Shown: positions 27,128-29,031 of the stretch, in pieces
How positions within the stretch are numbered: position 1 is the first letter of the stretch
How the letters are laid out: every line of letters begins with the position of its first letter
Assembly (NCBI GenBank): GCA_964474065.1
Contig: CAYYSC010000002.1
Location: forward strand, 1-29,031
Length of the DNA: 29,031 nt
Reading direction: 5' to 3'
DNA from: an uncultured Rhodospirillales bacterium
GTDB lineage: Bacteria; Pseudomonadota; Alphaproteobacteria; Bin95
Translations under genes and position numbers: made by a program
The notes under the pieces: generated by a model
Database searches by the model: none
What the model saw: the letters and a program-made list of their open reading frames with translations, nothing else
Told to the model about the DNA's origin: nothing

Positions 27128-28204
27128 TTATGCGTCGGCTTCGAGGGGGGCGTTCAGGGGCACGCCCGGCACCTTGATGCCATCGGGACGCCCACCCTTG
27201 GTCTTGCCTTGATGCTCTCCGGTGTAGCTTTCTGGCAAAGTCGGCCCATCGTCGCACGCCAGCCAAAGGCGCAGCAAATGGCGCCGCTTCTCCGGCTCCT
27301 CGTAGTCCTCGTAGGCGGTGCGGGAGTGGGCGACAGCGTGGTTGCTCACCAGTTGGATGTCGCCCGGTTCGAACGCCATATCGAGATGCAGTGCCGGGTC
27401 GTTCGCCAACTCGTCGAACAGGTCCATTGCCTCGTTCTGCTCTGGCGTTACGCGCGGCACCACATCCATCAACTGCGCCTTCCGCACGGCGCTGCGCACA
27501 TAGGTGCAGATCACGCGTCCGTCGCAGAGATTGAACGGTGCCGTTCCGTAATAGGGTTTGCGACCTTCCGGCACCTCGCCCCAACGCGTGCGGTAGACGG
27601 GCTGGGTCAGAACCGCCGCCAGGTCAGGGCGGCGCTTCACCATCTCGTTGTAGATCGTCGTCGTGGAGACAAGCGACGACAGGCCACCCGATTTGCTCTT
27701 CTTCAGGCACAGCAGGGCGACGGTGTCGGAACTGTCCGTGTGATAGGGCAGGCGCGCGCTGGTCTGGTAGCCGCGGGCGAGGGGGTCGTTGTAATCGAGG
27801 CCAAGGTCTTTCACGTGCCCCAGCACGTGGCCCTTTCCGTTCTGGCTTACGGGTTCGCCCCAATAGGCGCCAATACCCCAGAAAATGCGGGCAGCTTCCG
27901 CGACGTCGTAGCGCTCGATCGGCAGCCCGCGCAGCAGGAAGAAGCCGCGGCCATGCAGCACTTCGCGGCAGATACCGGTGAGGCGAGGGCCCAGCGTCGG
28001 CAGCGGGAAGTCATCCCGGCCAATGCCCAGGATTTCCTTGCTCCGCACGCGCTCAAGCGCTGCCTGCACTTCGCCAATCTCGGCTTCGTTCAAGGTATGG
28101 ATCCAGTCAGTGCGCTTGGCTTGATCGGGACCGGACCAAGCTTGCGGCCCATTAATCAGCGGCAAATCAGTGCCGGCGGACATCACGGTATCAGGCATTT
28201 TCAT
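27128..28204 (-). CDS. TauD/TfdA-family Fe(II)/2-oxoglutarate dioxygenase, copy 2
   Basis: YHTD...NHAVAHSR, RHLLRLWL; start ATG 28204 puts the GPxAW tryptophan at residue 23 in both paralogues and gives 358 aa. Confidence 0.9.
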   Translation of the reverse strand: MKMPDTVMSAGTDLPLINGPQAWSGPDQAKRTDWIHTLNEAEIGEVQAALERVRSKEILGIGRDDFPLPTLGPRLTGICREVLHGRGFFLLRGLPIERYDVAEAARIFWGIGAYWGEPVSQNGKGHVLGHVKDLGLDYNDPLARGYQTSARLPYHTDSSDTVALLCLKKSKSGGLSSLVSTTTIYNEMVKRRPDLAAVLTQPVYRTRWGEVPEGRKPYYGTAPFNLCDGRVICTYVRSAVRKAQLMDVVPRVTPEQNEAMDLFDELANDPALHLDMAFEPGDIQLVSNHAVAHSRTAYEDYEEPEKRRHLLRLWLACDDGPTLPESYTGEHQGKTKGGRPDGIKVPGVPLNAPLEADA

Positions 28205-28270
28205 GCTCACTATCGGTTTTCGGCTGCGCGTTTGCAGCGGACTTGCACACAATCTAATCCGAAATGCTTC

Positions 28271-29029
28271 CTAAGAGAACCGCCGGATGGCTTCTTTGCT
28301 CAGCGACTGTCGCAGGTCGTCGTATCCCTCCCACGGGTCGTTCTGAAGGTGGGCCAGCCGCTGACCGATGTTTTTGATGGTGTAACACGCTGCGTCCGCA
28401 ATTCCGGAAAGCTCCTCCCAGGAAACCGGCGTCGCTATCGGCGCGCCTTTTCGTGCCCGCGGCGAAAAAGGGGCGATGGCAGTCGAACCGCGCTCGTTAC
28501 GCAGGTAATCAATGAAAATCTTACCGGCGCGCTTTTCTTTGGACGCAGTGGCGATGTAGCGCTCGGGGTTCAATTTCACCATGGTCTTGGCAAGGCCGGA
28601 AGCGAAATCCTTTACATCACCCCACGAGGAGCGCCGTACGATAGGAGTGATGACATGAATGCCCTTGCCGCCCGTTAACATGGCAAAACTCTCTAGCTGG
28701 GCCTCCTCTCTCAGCCTGTCGCGTAAGGCAAAGGCGGTGTCGCGGATCTCGGCGAAGTCGAGTCCCTCATCCGGATCGATGTCGAAGATGAGACGCTCCG
28801 GCCGTTCCGGCTGGTCGGCGCGTGCCGACCAGATGTGCAACTCCAGCGCACCAATTTGTGCCGCCGCCACGAGGCCGGATGCATCGTTCGCCAGAATATA
28901 CGGGGCCTTTGTTCCATCCTTTTCCTCAATCGTGACCGTGGCCAGGGCATCCGGAATGCCCTTGGTGTGGTGCTTTTGAGCACCTCGGTCGACGACGTAG
29001 ATCGTGCCGTTTGGATTAAGGGCCGCAGA
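28271..29029 (-). CDS. ligD: LigD polymerase (AEP primase-polymerase) domain; frame open to the window edge, with a non-LigD peptide upstream of 28978
   Basis: QIGALELHIW, LIFDIDPD (motif I), TGGKGIH (motif II), IFIDYLRN (motif III), PFSPRAR.GAP.ATP.SWEEL, DPW.GY; no stop between 29029 and 28274. Confidence 0.85.
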   Translation of the reverse strand, partial: SAALNPNGTIYVVDRGAQKHHTKGIPDALATVTIEEKDGTKAPYILANDASGLVAAAQIGALELHIWSARADQPERPERLIFDIDPDEGLDFAEIRDTAFALRDRLREEAQLESFAMLTGGKGIHVITPIVRRSSWGDVKDFASGLAKTMVKLNPERYIATASKEKRAGKIFIDYLRNERGSTAIAPFSPRARKGAPIATPVSWEELSGIADAACYTIKNIGQRLAHLQNDPWEGYDDLRQSLSKEAIRRFS

Positions 29030-29031
29030 TA

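Noticed and set aside
26642-28678. 678-aa plus-strand ORF antisense to both TauD genes and ligD
   Set aside because: Shadow ORF. All three minus-strand genes happen to be in one register (ends 26036, 27128 and 28271 are congruent mod 3), and antisense frames of GC-rich genes rarely hit stops. There is no recognisable domain. The shared frame would allow read-through fusion, but nothing signals recoding.
1-29031. Mobile elements, prophage genes, CRISPR arrays, rRNA
   Set aside because: No integrase, transposase, terminal inverted repeats, regularly spaced direct repeats or rRNA signatures were seen.

Overview
GC-rich alphaproteobacterial chromosomal segment (probably Rhodospirillales-like, inferred from gene order), mostly housekeeping. 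In order: plsX (5'-truncated)-fabH, ihfA-merR-tRNA-Pro(GGG), tamA-tamB, pheS-pheT, yggT-DUF167-folD, two tandem Tat-exported HiPIP genes, an ArsR/methyltransferase (SahR-type) regulator-metF operon with a palindromic operator, mlaA, a soluble histidine kinase with a degenerate receiver, argG, a Cys-less DJ-1/PfpI protein, a tightly coupled pyrE-SBP-GNAT-DUF62 operon, a TSUP exporter, two tandem TauD-family dioxygenases and a LigD polymerase domain running off the right edge. No integrase, transposase or CRISPR array was seen. The most unusual element is the ~590-nt gap at 25450-26035. It has a sigma70-like promoter, a dense set of helices that I cannot assign to a known RNA, and a ~130-nt tandem duplication in which each unit carries AGGAGG plus an 11-codon ORF (MTPPGYKNPLR / MTLPDCQNLPR). 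Other notable points are the HiPIP pair with a shared upstream motif, the DJ-1 pseudoenzyme, and an in-frame junction between an NHL-like peptide and the LigD polymerase core. All family calls are by motif recognition only; no searches were run.
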